Of a stretch of DNA of 64,000 nucleotides, positions 1 through 14,210 are shown piece after piece (position 1 is the stretch's first letter; each line of letters starts with the position of its first letter). Position numbers and translations under genes: made by a program. This DNA is from Amoebidium appalachense (lineage: Eukaryota > Protista > Ichthyosporea), in NCBI GenBank assembly GCA_963693365.1, contig CAVNZM010000010.1, forward strand, positions 8,185,794-8,249,793, given 5' to 3'. The notes beneath the pieces are model-generated. The model ran no database searches and had not been told where the DNA came from. It saw only the letters and a list, made by a program, of their open reading frames with translations.

Positions 1-308
1 AACTAATATTAGACCAATATTGTAATTTCTGAAACGTGCAATTCAGATAGACAACCATCCGGACTGTTGACTCAGTTGAGGTCACTGACTCACCGGTTGG
101 CACCATAAGCGCAAAGCTCGACTGCTATTGGTGTCAACGCTGCCCTATGGTTGGCTGAACAGTAATTTCTGCGTGTGAAGAAGATCAGAAATCAGATCCA
201 TATATCAAATTGCTGCGCAAATAAATTTTGCACGGGCTGGCAATGGTTACTCTGTTCCCGCAGTTCCAGCATCAAGCGATCAATCGACATTCAAAAACTC
301 GCTTCAAG

Positions 309-311
<3 letters not shown>

Positions 312-359
<48 letters not shown>
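312..359. repeat. (TA)n microsatellite
   Basis: Pure TA run seen directly; it explains the YIYI ORFs in the track. Confidence 0.95.
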
Positions 360-371
<12 letters not shown>

Positions 372-2703
372 ATAGAACTTTTTTTTCATAAAAATACAGG
401 TGAAAGAACTGAAATTCTACCCTTCGAAGTTCACCTTCAAGTCTATAATTCCACTGCTCTAGGTAAATGGGGGGACTCTAAACTTCTTTGAGTATATGGA
501 GATTGATCTTCGAACATCCATCACGATGCATGTGCAGTGTGCACTGCCCGTGACTGCTGATGCCAAAGTTTTACTCAAATTGCATTATGTATCTCCAACT
601 CGCTATCGCACGCATTCCGGATAGTCTACAAAAGGATAAAGTAGATCGATGATCTTTATATGAATTTTTTCCAATGCCCATATCCCATATATACAACTGT
701 AGTGGTTGAGCTTAAATTCTACAGCATGAATCTGTTTACTCAAGCACATGCATGTTTGTTTTCTGAAGTATCGTTGCCGTGTACAGCTACATACGTAGAC
801 TCAGTAGGGTTCCGGCCGCGGTCCTCAAAAAAGATCCAGCGGCGGCGGCCAGTGTTATCCCAAACAAAGACAATATATAGGGCAGAATTTCTGGATAACT
901 GTAAATCTAGCGCTGCTTGGGCAAACGATGTCTCCGGCAATCGGGGAAGACGTGTTTACGCAACCACTACTGTACATGTTGTTGGCACACGCACAGCATG
1001 AACCATTTCTATGTGAACGGTTGGCATGGCGTGTGCCGCGGCCGTTGAACATTGGATTTTGGCGTACGCGTCAGTACTGACTAACTTACAACTATTTGCG
1101 TGCTAGCGGAGTCAGGGGCTTTTCTGACTAAGTGACAACGTTGGTATATACCCCGGCAACACTACTACTTCACACAACATGAACTCTAGCTGACTAGTTT
1201 ACATCATCACCGCCACCGATGAATCCAGAAAGACCCGACCGTAGGTTATGAGCAACCTTCAAGCATTAGGCCCTCTACTGGCATTTCTTGATAGCGAGTT
1301 GTGACACGTCTGAGGGCGAGTCAGGCTAGCTGGTGAGCGCACGTATGCCCTTATGGGCGTGTGATTGGACAACTCTTTCCTTTTTCGGCTAAACTGTAAG
1401 TCACCTGGAGTGTGCCGACCGCGTGATGCACTGACGGAGTGAACACATGTTGGGTAGGCTAACTTCGACAACTCTTTAAAGTGAAGCCGACGGTGCCAAG
1501 TGAAGTTAGTTTGGGCTGCTTGAAATTAGGGACATATTGAGCCCAACCTTTTTTCCATCCCCCAAGAATCTCGAGCACATCCCGGCACTGGATCCGGACC
1601 TGACATCACCAGAGGAGAACCCGGGTCTTGGCTGTGTGATGCATGCATCTGTTGGAGGGGCCTACGGCCAGATGCCAGTAACCAGTACGTTTCTGTGGGC
1701 CCCTATAAGTGTTATATGCCTTTGTGCAGTGCAACATGGAGTGGCTGTGCGTGTGGTCGTTGCAATTCACCGTGTGCTTCAATGCCGCATCACGTCTCTC
1801 AACCACCGCGAATTTCATTCACTGTCCAGTACACTGCAAAGCGTTGCCGGCGCTGTTGATGATCTGTGCGCACAAAAGCAGGCTGCCAAGGTGTCCGACG
1901 CTTTGTAAAGGGCACCCGACCGGGTTTAAGTAAACAGCCGTGTTAGGCCTGTTCGTCGTTTTGTTTTTTCTTTTTCTTTTTCTTTCAGTTTCTTTTTCTT
2001 TTTTTTTTTGTTTGCCATGCCGTGACGGGCAGCTGTTTTCAAGTTGGTCCTAAGGAGTCGTGGGCATTCTTCGGCCAGTCTCTTCTAAGTTACTTGTTGA
2101 CTCGTCGAAGTGACCCGCCACCCTCTTCCGAACCTATAGGGTTGAGGCTCAGGTTATGATAACTAACCAGACTTGCTTCAGGCTCGAAACGTTTAGTGAC
2201 GGCCCATTTGCCCCATCACCCCATGAGCCCGTTTCAGTAGAGTCTCTCTGCAACGCCCACCGGGTTGACTTATCATGTCGCTGAGCACGTAACATGTTGT
2301 TTTTGTTGTGTTGCTGAAGGCTTGACTGAGAACAGGGGCACCGAGTCATAGTAGTATAACTGTTTTTTGGCGAGACCCGTAGCCTGCATAACACGGTTAC
2401 CCCCCCTCCCCCCCTCCCCCCCCCCCCCCCCCCCCCCCCCCTCCCCCCTCCTTCTTTCACGTTGAACATTGCCGGGTGCCGAGTGTGCTCGGTCTTTGTC
2501 CCGGCACCCGGTGATCACTGCCTGAGCCAGTGTCAGTGATGTTAGCCGGTGTCTTTTGCCATTGGCAACTAAGTTAGCATAATTTTTTTGGCGTAAGGTG
2601 TGTGTGTGTATGTGTCTGTGTGTGTGTGTGACTTTGTGCGTGTATGTGTGGGTGGGTGGGTGGGTGGGCCACGTGGGTGGGTGGGTGCACGTGGGTGGGC
2701 GTC

Positions 2704-2743
<40 letters not shown>

Positions 2744-3908
2744 GTGTGTGTGTGTGTGTGTCTGTGTGGGTGGGTGGGTGGGTGGGTTTAGGGTGTGTGT
2801 TGTGTATGTGTGTGTACGAGTTTGTGTCGCCTATGTGTGCCACAGGGGTTGGCGGTTCGCACACGGGAAGATTATCGAACTGTGTACACTGTGCCTGTGA
2901 ATTGTGATTGGGTCTGGTGAGTGTTGGTGTGTGGTGTCTCTATGTCAGTGTGTTTGTGTGTGTGACGGTGTACGTGTGCATGTGTGTGTGCGTGTGCGCG
3001 TACATGCATGCCATCCCGGGAGATGAAATGTGTGTGCCCGGTCTGTGCGAATGCCGGGGCAGTGTACGCGGGAACGGGGCTTCGGGAGGTGGTTGCAGGG
3101 GGGTCGTTGTGTGTGTGCGCGCGTGTGTGCACGGGTCGGTGGTGCCTTGCAAGAAATGAAAGCAATCCCTATAATAATCCCACGGTGCTTCGTGGTTGTT
3201 CGGTTAAGTTGAACACAACAAGTTGCTTAAGTTACTGAATGTGAAGACCCCGGAAGCTTCGAAATGGCAGTTCCCCGTGCCCAGCACTCTCGCTGGCACC
3301 ACATCCATCACTATTCTGAGGATTTAAGATTTTACACTGTGTTGTATTTATGTCATTTATTTTTAATATAAGGATGGCTGCCTAGTGGGTGATAATGGAT
3401 GCACTCGGGTTGTCGACTGGTTAGTTGGCTGGTTGTATGCCTTTTTGGGAACTCCAGCAACGCCGTAGTTCGTACCGCGCCTTTTCAGGTTTTGGAAGAT
3501 ACTGGGTCCCACGCTAAGAGTACTAGCCTGGAGTCTGGCCCTAGTAACATTTTGCCTCTGGGCCACTTGCAATACTGCTTGGTCACTCAGCCAGTCCCAC
3601 ACATGCAATTAGGGGCACAAGGTCACTGAATCTGTAATACTATGTGGACTCGGTTGCCGCGGTGGGCCGGGCCACACAACTCAGTGTGTGTTTCACCAAT
3701 ACACAATGGGTGTGGGGGCACTTGTGCTGCTCAACAGCCGTTCAGGCTCACCATATTCTCGTTGTTTTTCTTTGTCTATGCTGGCCATGCTGGCCTGTCC
3801 ACACTAGCTACCCCCCCCCCCCCCCCCCCCTTCTTTGAATTGCACACATCCACAGGTGGTACTGTGGTATCTGCGTGGTCCGAACACACCAGCGGCTCAA
3901 CACACCCG

Positions 3909-6839
<2,931 letters not shown>

Positions 6840-8322
6840 GGCCCACACCGTTCATCCCCAGCCCCTTTGCCAGATGCAGCAGCGAGAGAGAGCGGAAAAG
6901 GGTGAGATTTATGTAAGTGATCCGCATACCGTAACCGTTTGCCCATATATGGTTAAAGGGACCTTAGTTACGGTGTTGCGGGTTGATGACCGTGCGATAG
7001 TGATTTAGTGGGCGGCGCACGACTATAACTTATTGAATCGCCCAATCCGGATGCATCAACAGATTCGGCTTCCCACTTTGGCGGCCGTACTCTTGGGACG
7101 TGCCTGAGTTCATAGTGGCAGATCCCCCCGCGCCGCTAAGTTAGTGGTTTTCTGAGCAAAAAAGTATTGTCTAATTACACATGGGATCGTATGTTCGAAA
7201 ATGCAAAAATATTTCATGGCCTTGCAGCCGGCTTTTTAGTAGTAAATGTTATTGATAAATCACTCATCGACTGTGTGTACTCACAACCACAATGCTTTCG
7301 AAATCAGTAAGATATCATGTTCAGTTTGGCCTAATTAATCGTACAGACCCTTAGTGTGTGTTATTGCGGACTGACTCGACCCCTACCCAATTATTTCTGA
7401 ATGTCAGCCTCACTTAGAACCCATTTTCTGGCTGTACATGTGTGGTACCGTACCTACTTTTGTAGTTATCTACTCAGTTTTACTATCTCTGTATACGTAG
7501 TATTTCCTCGCGCCCGTTACAACCACAATTCTTTAGTTTTAATGGACGTGTTTAAATTTTAAGTTGAAATAATATTGGTGACCACATTATACTGCTACAG
7601 TGTGTGCTCGTGTCTTTCTGGGGCCACTTGAATGCCTAATTATGGCATGTTTTGTTTACTGCTCAGAGTCTTTTTAGTGTACGGTAAGATTCTGACTCAT
7701 GCATATTATGTGCCGTGATCTGTTAAAACTTTATTGTGACACTTATAAACCGCGGCACTAACTTATGATGTTATTTTCTATATCTTCCCGTTTATATGGC
7801 CGCCTTATTAATGTGTGCTGTGGCACACCGTGCCGGGCGGCTGGCAGTAGTTAAAGTGTATGTCTAAAATCAGTGTACAGAGTCATAGCCTGCCAGTTTC
7901 TCAGACTGAGTAAATCGAATGTGTTTAAAAGGGCTCTTTAGTTATACTTTCATTCTTTTGAGACCTCTACCGCTTAATTACGCTGTGCTTTGTGTCTCTG
8001 CAGCCCGGATGGTATCCGGTTATGTTATCCAATAACCTGTTATCTGCTGCATATCTCACCAATTTTTTATGTCACTCGCTCACCGTCAAATGTTAAGTAA
8101 ATAAAAAAATCTTCACTTCAACGGTGCAAACGCAAAGGCAGCCGGCTATCGGGTGACAGTCGCGTGCAGACCTGCCAAGGGAGCAGGCTGTGCAATATAC
8201 TATCATCACGGTGTGAAGCCTTGTGTATGTACGTAGTATATGCCATGTGGCTTGTATCTCGGTGCGCACAGTTACGTCGTGTGTGTGTAATTGATATCGT
8301 GTGTGTGCACGTGTGTGCTCCG

Positions 8323-8354
<32 letters not shown>

Positions 8355-8919
8355 GGGGGGGGTTGTTGCGTGTGTCCCGTTGCGAGCAAGGGTGTGCGCA
8401 TCATGCTGCGCGCATGCATGCTGCGCCCCAGCCTCTTGTTTGTGTGCACGTGTGGACCATCCAGATATCCACCAGAACTTGTGTTGAACGGTTACCACTT
8501 AGAACTATTGTACTGTTTTCACTGAGAGTCTAGGGAGACGTTCTAGCGAAAAATCAGGGGCAGAACATTGAGTCCCCCTCCCCTCTTCCCCCACGCCCAT
8601 CAGGGGGGAGGGGGGGGGGGGTTTGGCAAAAGTCAGTTCACCAACCCAGCTGTTAGTTGAAATCTTGACGCACCGGCCCAAAGTTTGAGCCCATTATAAA
8701 GTCACACCGGGGGACTCCGGGAGGGGGATATACGCAAGGGTGGCATATCTTCGCATATGCATCTGCCTGCCACAGCCCCGGGAGATTCAGGTTGTCTTGG
8801 AGGGTCAGAAAGATGTACTACGGTAGATGCCATTTGGCAACGGTTACCTGCATGCTTGCCGCTGCCAGTGTACACAGGGAGGAAGGCATATGACTTATCT
8901 ACAGCCTGTTTTGTTACTA

Positions 8920-9700
8920 TGATACGGCATATCTCCCCAGTGGCACCTACCCCAGGAAGGGAGGGAGATATATAGCATATCTCCCTGCCTGCCCCAGGAA
9001 GGGAGAGAGATATATGGCATATCTCCCTGCCTGCCCCAAGAAGGGAGGGTGATATATGGCATATCTCCCTGCCTGCCCCAGGAAGGGAGGGAGATATGTG
9101 GCATATGGAGATCTGTGGCATATCTCCCTGCCGCCAGCCCCAGGAATGGAGGGAGATATATGGCATATCTCCCTGCCTGCCCCAGGAAGGGAGGAAGATA
9201 TGTGGCATATCTCCCTGCCTGCCCTAGGAAGGAAGCCTTAGGGAGATATGTGGCATATCTAACACCCCTGCTTGCCCTAGGAACTTGAAGGAAGGGAAAT
9301 ATGTGGCATATCTCCCTGCCTGCGTGAGGAAGGAAGGGAGATATGCCACATATCTCCCTGCCTGCGTGTCACGGAAGGAAGGGAGACCCTGCCTGCGTGT
9401 CACGGAAGGAAGGGAGATATATGGCATACTATCTCCCTGCCTGCCCCAGCAAGGAAGCATCGGAGCCTCGTGGCATGACTGTGAGCTCCTTGCCTGTCAG
9501 CTGCTCGAGCAGGGAGGGATCCGGACTGAGGCACTGTACCCGCGGCACTCTCAGGGAGATGTTATGTGGTGGCATATCTCCCTGCCTGCCCCAGGAAGAG
9601 AGCGAGATGTATGGCATATCTCCCTGTCTGCCCCGGATATGTGGCATATCTCCCTGGCAGTGCCTGCCGAACCCCCAGGAAGGGAGGGAGATATGCCATC
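8920..9700. repeat. ~42-bp tandem satellite with internal palindrome, about 15 progressively degenerate copies
   Basis: Unit GGGAGATATATGGCATATCTCCCTGCCTGCCCCAGGAAGGGA. AGGGAGATAT and ATATCTCCCT form a 10-bp stem around a 5-nt loop. Confidence 0.9.
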
Positions 9701-10659
9701 ATACCCCCCCCCCCCCCCCCCCTCCCCCCTCCCCCGGGCGCCTCCACTGACTACGAATAATCAGTAAAATAACCCTCCTGGTTCGGTAGACTTCTCGCGG
9801 CTAGCTAGGCACACCGTTTAACACCAACGCTGCACTGTACACAATGAGTCATTCTTGTGCAAACACTTTCTTGACTAGAGAAAGCAACCGACGTCTCCTC
9901 AGGAGGCCCTGCCAACTTGCTAGGCTAAGGACACATTCTGCTCAGGAGCAGTGCCAGCGACTGAGAGGCCTACGAATCTGCGGGCTAGCGGTTTATATAC
10001 ACACAGCATATGGCTCACAACATCCGATTGGCTACAGGGGAATGTAAAGACCAAATATGGCTACACTTAAACAGGACCAATCATTGCACTTACATTTACG
10101 TACAGAGAACTGATTGGCTAAGCCATACCTAGAGACTAACCAGTCGGAATGCAAAGTAGCTGACAGTTCGAGGCCACATGTCACTCCGTCGTCGGGGCTG
10201 CGGCCCGGGGAGAAGGGGGGAGGGGGGTTGGTATATTTGTAAAATTTAAAAAAATTAAAATATTTTAAAAAAGATTAGTGAATAACAAATGAGAAGCTGA
10301 GCATGATATTTGTATGCCATCACGAATATCTACAGGGAGAAAACGTGAAAAGGGGAACAACAAACAAACATACACACACTCACTCAACTCAGTCACACTG
10401 GGCCCTCCCTTATCTCCTCTCCCCCCCCCCCCCCCCCCCCTAAGGCTTGCCCCTTTCCAAGTCTGAATAAAGATCGTAGCCCATACAACCTCAGGGTGTA
10501 TGTAGGTGTATGTATGCCAACAGTGCTAGTGTCACCATCAGATAGGACTTACAGGGGCCCCGGTCATCCACAACTTGAAGATAACTGGATTTAATGAAAA
10601 TTTGGTGTAAGGTCTAGAATCTTAAGGTTTTCGGGCCGTAGGGTTCATGATCTCATTTA

Positions 10660-10716
<57 letters not shown>

Positions 10717-10825
10717 CCCGCCCGCCCGCCCGCCCGCCCGCCCGCCCGCCCGCCCGCCCGCCCGCCCGCCCGCCCGCCCGGCGCCTGGCCCTGATTCCGT
10801 AGGGCCTTTTCTGGGCTGCGGATAG

Positions 10826-11465
10826 TGTCGTATCCTAATGTATGTGTACTAGAGACGCGGCACTCTACTAAGTGTACACACACGAAAAGGAACGAACGTG
10901 TACAGAAAAACGGTAAAGTTTATTAAGACCAGGCTCCGACGGGCAAACTTAGATCCGTACGGATTGAGTCTAAGTTACGACTGAGGCCATCAAGGCCGTG
11001 CCCTACAAGATCATCATCACCTGGCCCCCTACGATGCCACATTCCATTAACATTCCGATCTACTTTTATCGTGCGCCTGCACGAGCTAAGTCGATCTACT
11101 CAACTAATATATTTATCCAAGTCTCACCCCTCACCCTCCCCCTAGTGGCACCGCAGAGTCTAAATCTACATTTCATACTATCCTCCCCCCCCCTCCCTCC
11201 CCCCTTTCCTCTACATCTAAATATATAAATACGTTTGGCAACATATACTATCAAACCTTGCCAATCCTTACAAAAGGGCTTCTGCCCGAACAATGACATT
11301 CCTAAGTCCTCCTACGATCTATCCTACACACTAATTAGAATTCTATTGGACGGCTGTCCCGGCTGACGTGGTCCAATGCCCTGCGCCGGCAGAGGCAAGA
11401 TGCACGCAGCTGTACAGCTATCTTGAGGCCCCGGACTTGATCTTGATGATCTGTGGACCCGGGCC

Positions 11466-11498
<33 letters not shown>

Positions 11499-11549
11499 AT
11501 CTCGATCGTAGACTTAGGCTAATCTGCTGAGACGGATTAGTATATGTCA
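10826..11549 (-). repeat. 3' LTR (724 bp)
   Basis: Runs tgtcgtatcc...tatatgtca and matches 18479-19204 by eye except for poly-C length. ORFs 10998/18651 and 11096/18749 translate identically. Confidence 0.97.
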
Positions 11550-11568
11550 ACTCCCCCCCCGGCCCCCG
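11550..11568 (-). other. Polypurine tract (PPT)
   Basis: The minus strand reads GGGGGCCGGGGGGGGAGT immediately before the 3' LTR start TGACA. Confidence 0.7.
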
Positions 11569-11752
11569 GAAAAGCTGAGTCCCACCTCAGTCACATTACA
11601 TCTAACACCCCCTAAAAAGACATAGACTAATCAGTCTCCTAAAAAAAATTAAATTAAATAAATTACGAAGAAAAATAATAAATTAATCTACACCATAAGC
11701 TTGATACCTACGGAGACACCTATGATAATAAATTAAATTCCTACGACTACGT

Positions 11753-13621
11753 TCACACTCCTCCTCGGTCTCCTCCCCTCCCTCCCCCTCCCCCCGTGTG
11801 TCTACGTGTATTTGCATCACTCCCCCCCCCGGCCCCCTCCCCCACCGACTTTTTCACACCACGATTAAACTGAGGAATAACTCTCTTTGGCCGAGAGGGA
11901 GCACTAGGCAACTCCCTCTGCACTAATCTAGCCTCATAAGCACGAATAGAAAACGGGCAATCCAAATGAAACTCAGGCAACCACTGATCTTCCTGATAAC
12001 CTCCCTCAAAACGAATTAAATAATAATTTACCTTACCTTCCTTACCTTCGATAACCTTTTTATCCATAATTTTATCTACTGCAGCCTCCGATACATCCAC
12101 CGACCCGTCATAGTCGGGGGTGAATGCATCTAACACTCGACGGCCCTCCGGCCGTTTAACCCTAAGGGCCCTATCATAATATTCCTTTATATCATCTACA
12201 TTATAAAATCTAACATCACTCTCATTATCTAACCTCTGCACCTTATATTCCGTCGGACCTAACCTAGCCACTATTTTATACGGACCGATAAAAAGAGGCA
12301 ACCATTTCTTACCATACTTACGAAGACCTTCACCTTCACCCTTACCTTCCTGCTCCTGCTTATATCTCTTCTTCCTAGTATGATCCCTAATTAAAACTAA
12401 AGTACCCTCGGCAAATTCACGTAACGGACGTGTGGACACGTCTGTACGTGCCTGTGCCTGCTGTGTACGGGCCAGAGCTGCATCACGTGCAGCCCGGGCC
12501 CGGGTTAGTAGCTGCTCCCGGAACTCAGTCCAGTGGGGATAAGTTAGTCGGTCAGCCCCCCCCATCGGCAAAAGTGCCGTATCTAACAAACTAATAGCCT
12601 CCTGCCCATAGACCAAATAAAACGGAGAAAAACCAGTCACAGCATGAGGGGTAGAATTATATGAATGAGCAATAAACCTAGACATATGATCCCAATCATT
12701 AGCCTCCACATCCACCATTTTGCCAAAGGACTTCTGAAACACTGCATGCACACGTTCAGAGATGGCATTTGCTTGAGGGTGATATGCAGACGTAGTGATA
12801 TGAGCTACCCTTAAAATTTTACACACCTCCGACACCAACTGATTTAAAAACACACGACTCCTATCCGTTAACAAAACACGAGGACAACCAAACCTAAGAC
12901 AAATTTCATCCACAAAAATACGAGCAAACAAAACGGCATTAGCAGTGGGGAGAGGAAAAACTTCAACCCAACGAGTGGCCACATCGGTGACGGTAACAAG
13001 AACAGTGTTACCCTCAACCGTAGAATTAAAAGGACCGACCACATCCACTGCTACCCTTTCAAACATACGAACATTAAAATCCCTAATAAACGACAGGCGG
13101 GAACGAGAGTGGGGACTCTCATTCCTTTCCTGACAATGCATGCATGACAACACATAATCCCTCACCTCCCTACTCATACCCGGCCAAAAATACGAACGAT
13201 TAACACGAAGCAACGTCCTATTTACACCTAAATGACCAGCCATGGGATGCTCATGCACCATATGCAAAACCTCAGGCACAAGTGCCGTCGGGACCCAAAC
13301 TCGGTGTCCGTCTGGCCCAGAACAATGATAAACTAAATCCTGCTCTACCTGACACATTTTTGCTAACTTAGCTACCTTAATCATCTGCCTTTTATTTGTA
13401 AATTTAATCGAATCAACCGGCCCCTTTAAATAATTCTTAACCAGACCAATCAACACATCTTCCTCCTGAGCTAAGATCAAAGCCGTAGGTGCTAAGGCAG
13501 GGGCCGAGCCATGAGACTCGGTCCCGACCTCAGACACCGACAAATACCTCCCCCCCCCCTCTCCTACACTTATAAGCAAGCAACCCCGGAACCCAAGAAG
13601 ACACATCCACAGACACAGCAT
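11753..13621 (-). CDS. Pol C-terminal part: integrase with HHCC, DDE and GPY/F motifs, plus chromodomain
   Basis: HEHPMAGHLG...CMHC; VAVDVVGP, LLTDRS, AYHPQANAISER; FIGPYKI; chromodomain VDKIMDKK...YYLIRFEGGYQEDQWLPEFHL. The ORF's N-terminus is out of frame with the RNase H segment; the shift lies among G/C homopolymers near 13550-13700. Confidence 0.95.
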   Translation of the reverse strand: MLCLWMCLLGFRGCLLISVGEGGGRYLSVSEVGTESHGSAPALAPTALILAQEEDVLIGLVKNYLKGPVDSIKFTNKRQMIKVAKLAKMCQVEQDLVYHCSGPDGHRVWVPTALVPEVLHMVHEHPMAGHLGVNRTLLRVNRSYFWPGMSREVRDYVLSCMHCQERNESPHSRSRLSFIRDFNVRMFERVAVDVVGPFNSTVEGNTVLVTVTDVATRWVEVFPLPTANAVLFARIFVDEICLRFGCPRVLLTDRSRVFLNQLVSEVCKILRVAHITTSAYHPQANAISERVHAVFQKSFGKMVDVEANDWDHMSRFIAHSYNSTPHAVTGFSPFYLVYGQEAISLLDTALLPMGGADRLTYPHWTEFREQLLTRARAARDAALARTQQAQARTDVSTRPLREFAEGTLVLIRDHTRKKRYKQEQEGKGEGEGLRKYGKKWLPLFIGPYKIVARLGPTEYKVQRLDNESDVRFYNVDDIKEYYDRALRVKRPEGRRVLDAFTPDYDGSVDVSEAAVDKIMDKKVIEGKEGKVNYYLIRFEGGYQEDQWLPEFHLDCPFSIRAYEARLVQRELPSAPSRPKRVIPQFNRGVKKSVGEGAGGGSDANTRRHTGGGGGRGGDRGGV

Positions 13622-14210
13622 CTATTCCTTTCTGCTCACTCGCCCCCCCCCTTCCCCCCCTCCCCCCCCCGTCTCTCACTATCCCCCCCCCCTCCCCCTC
13701 CTTCTCTTCTTCAAACAAAATATAAGCAGCACGAGAGAGAGCATCACAGTCGACCATTGTTTCACCCTTGGCATAAAACAATTTATAGGAGAACTCACCG
13801 AGAGCCGCGGCCCACTTCTGCATCCTCTCGTTGACCAGACGAGTGGTGCCGGCCATGGCTAGGCAGGGCTTGTGGTCGGTGTAGACCTCAAACGTCCTGC
13901 CTGCGAGTATATACCTCCATGCCTGTGAGACTGCCCAAAAGATAGCATGGGACTCTCTCTCCGGATTGCTATATCTACGTTCACTTTTACTAAATGAACG
14001 ACTAGCATAAGCAATCACTCTATCCTGCCCCTCCTGCACTTGATATAACACGGCCCCCTCAGCAACCTTACTTGCATCGCACCGAACTTTAAACATCCCC
14101 CCCCCGGCCGAAAAATCAGGATGAACAAGCATACTCGAAGACTGCAAAGCTAACTTAAGCTTTTCGAAAGCAGAAACAGCATCAACATTCCAATCTATTC
14201 TATTCTTCTT
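13530..14210 (-). CDS. Pol middle part: RNase H
   Basis: FKVRCDASK, VIAYASR, YSNPERESHAI, VYTDHKP, VDCDALSR. It is separated from the RT frame by a shift at the G-run near 14213-14221. Confidence 0.92.
   Translation of the reverse strand, partial: KKNRIDWNVDAVSAFEKLKLALQSSSMLVHPDFSAGGGMFKVRCDASKVAEGAVLYQVQEGQDRVIAYASRSFSKSERRYSNPERESHAIFWAVSQAWRYILAGRTFEVYTDHKPCLAMAGTTRLVNERMQKWAAALGEFSYKLFYAKGETMVDCDALSRAAYILFEEEKEGEGGGIVRDGGGRGGRGGASEQKGIDAVSVDVSSWVPGLLAYKCRRGGGEVFVGV

Noticed and set aside
1537-1908. 123-aa ORF as a gene
   Set aside because: Non-ATG start, no recognisable motif and no splice chain I could support. It may be UTR of finger gene A.
8920-9700. CRISPR array
   Set aside because: The repeats are palindromic, but the intervening sequence is itself repeated rather than unique spacers. 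There are no cas genes and the context is eukaryotic.
8702-9767. Repeat proteins such as GDMPYISLPSWGRQ or GREICHISP
   Set aside because: They are open in several frames on both strands, which is a by-product of a 42-bp DNA repeat.
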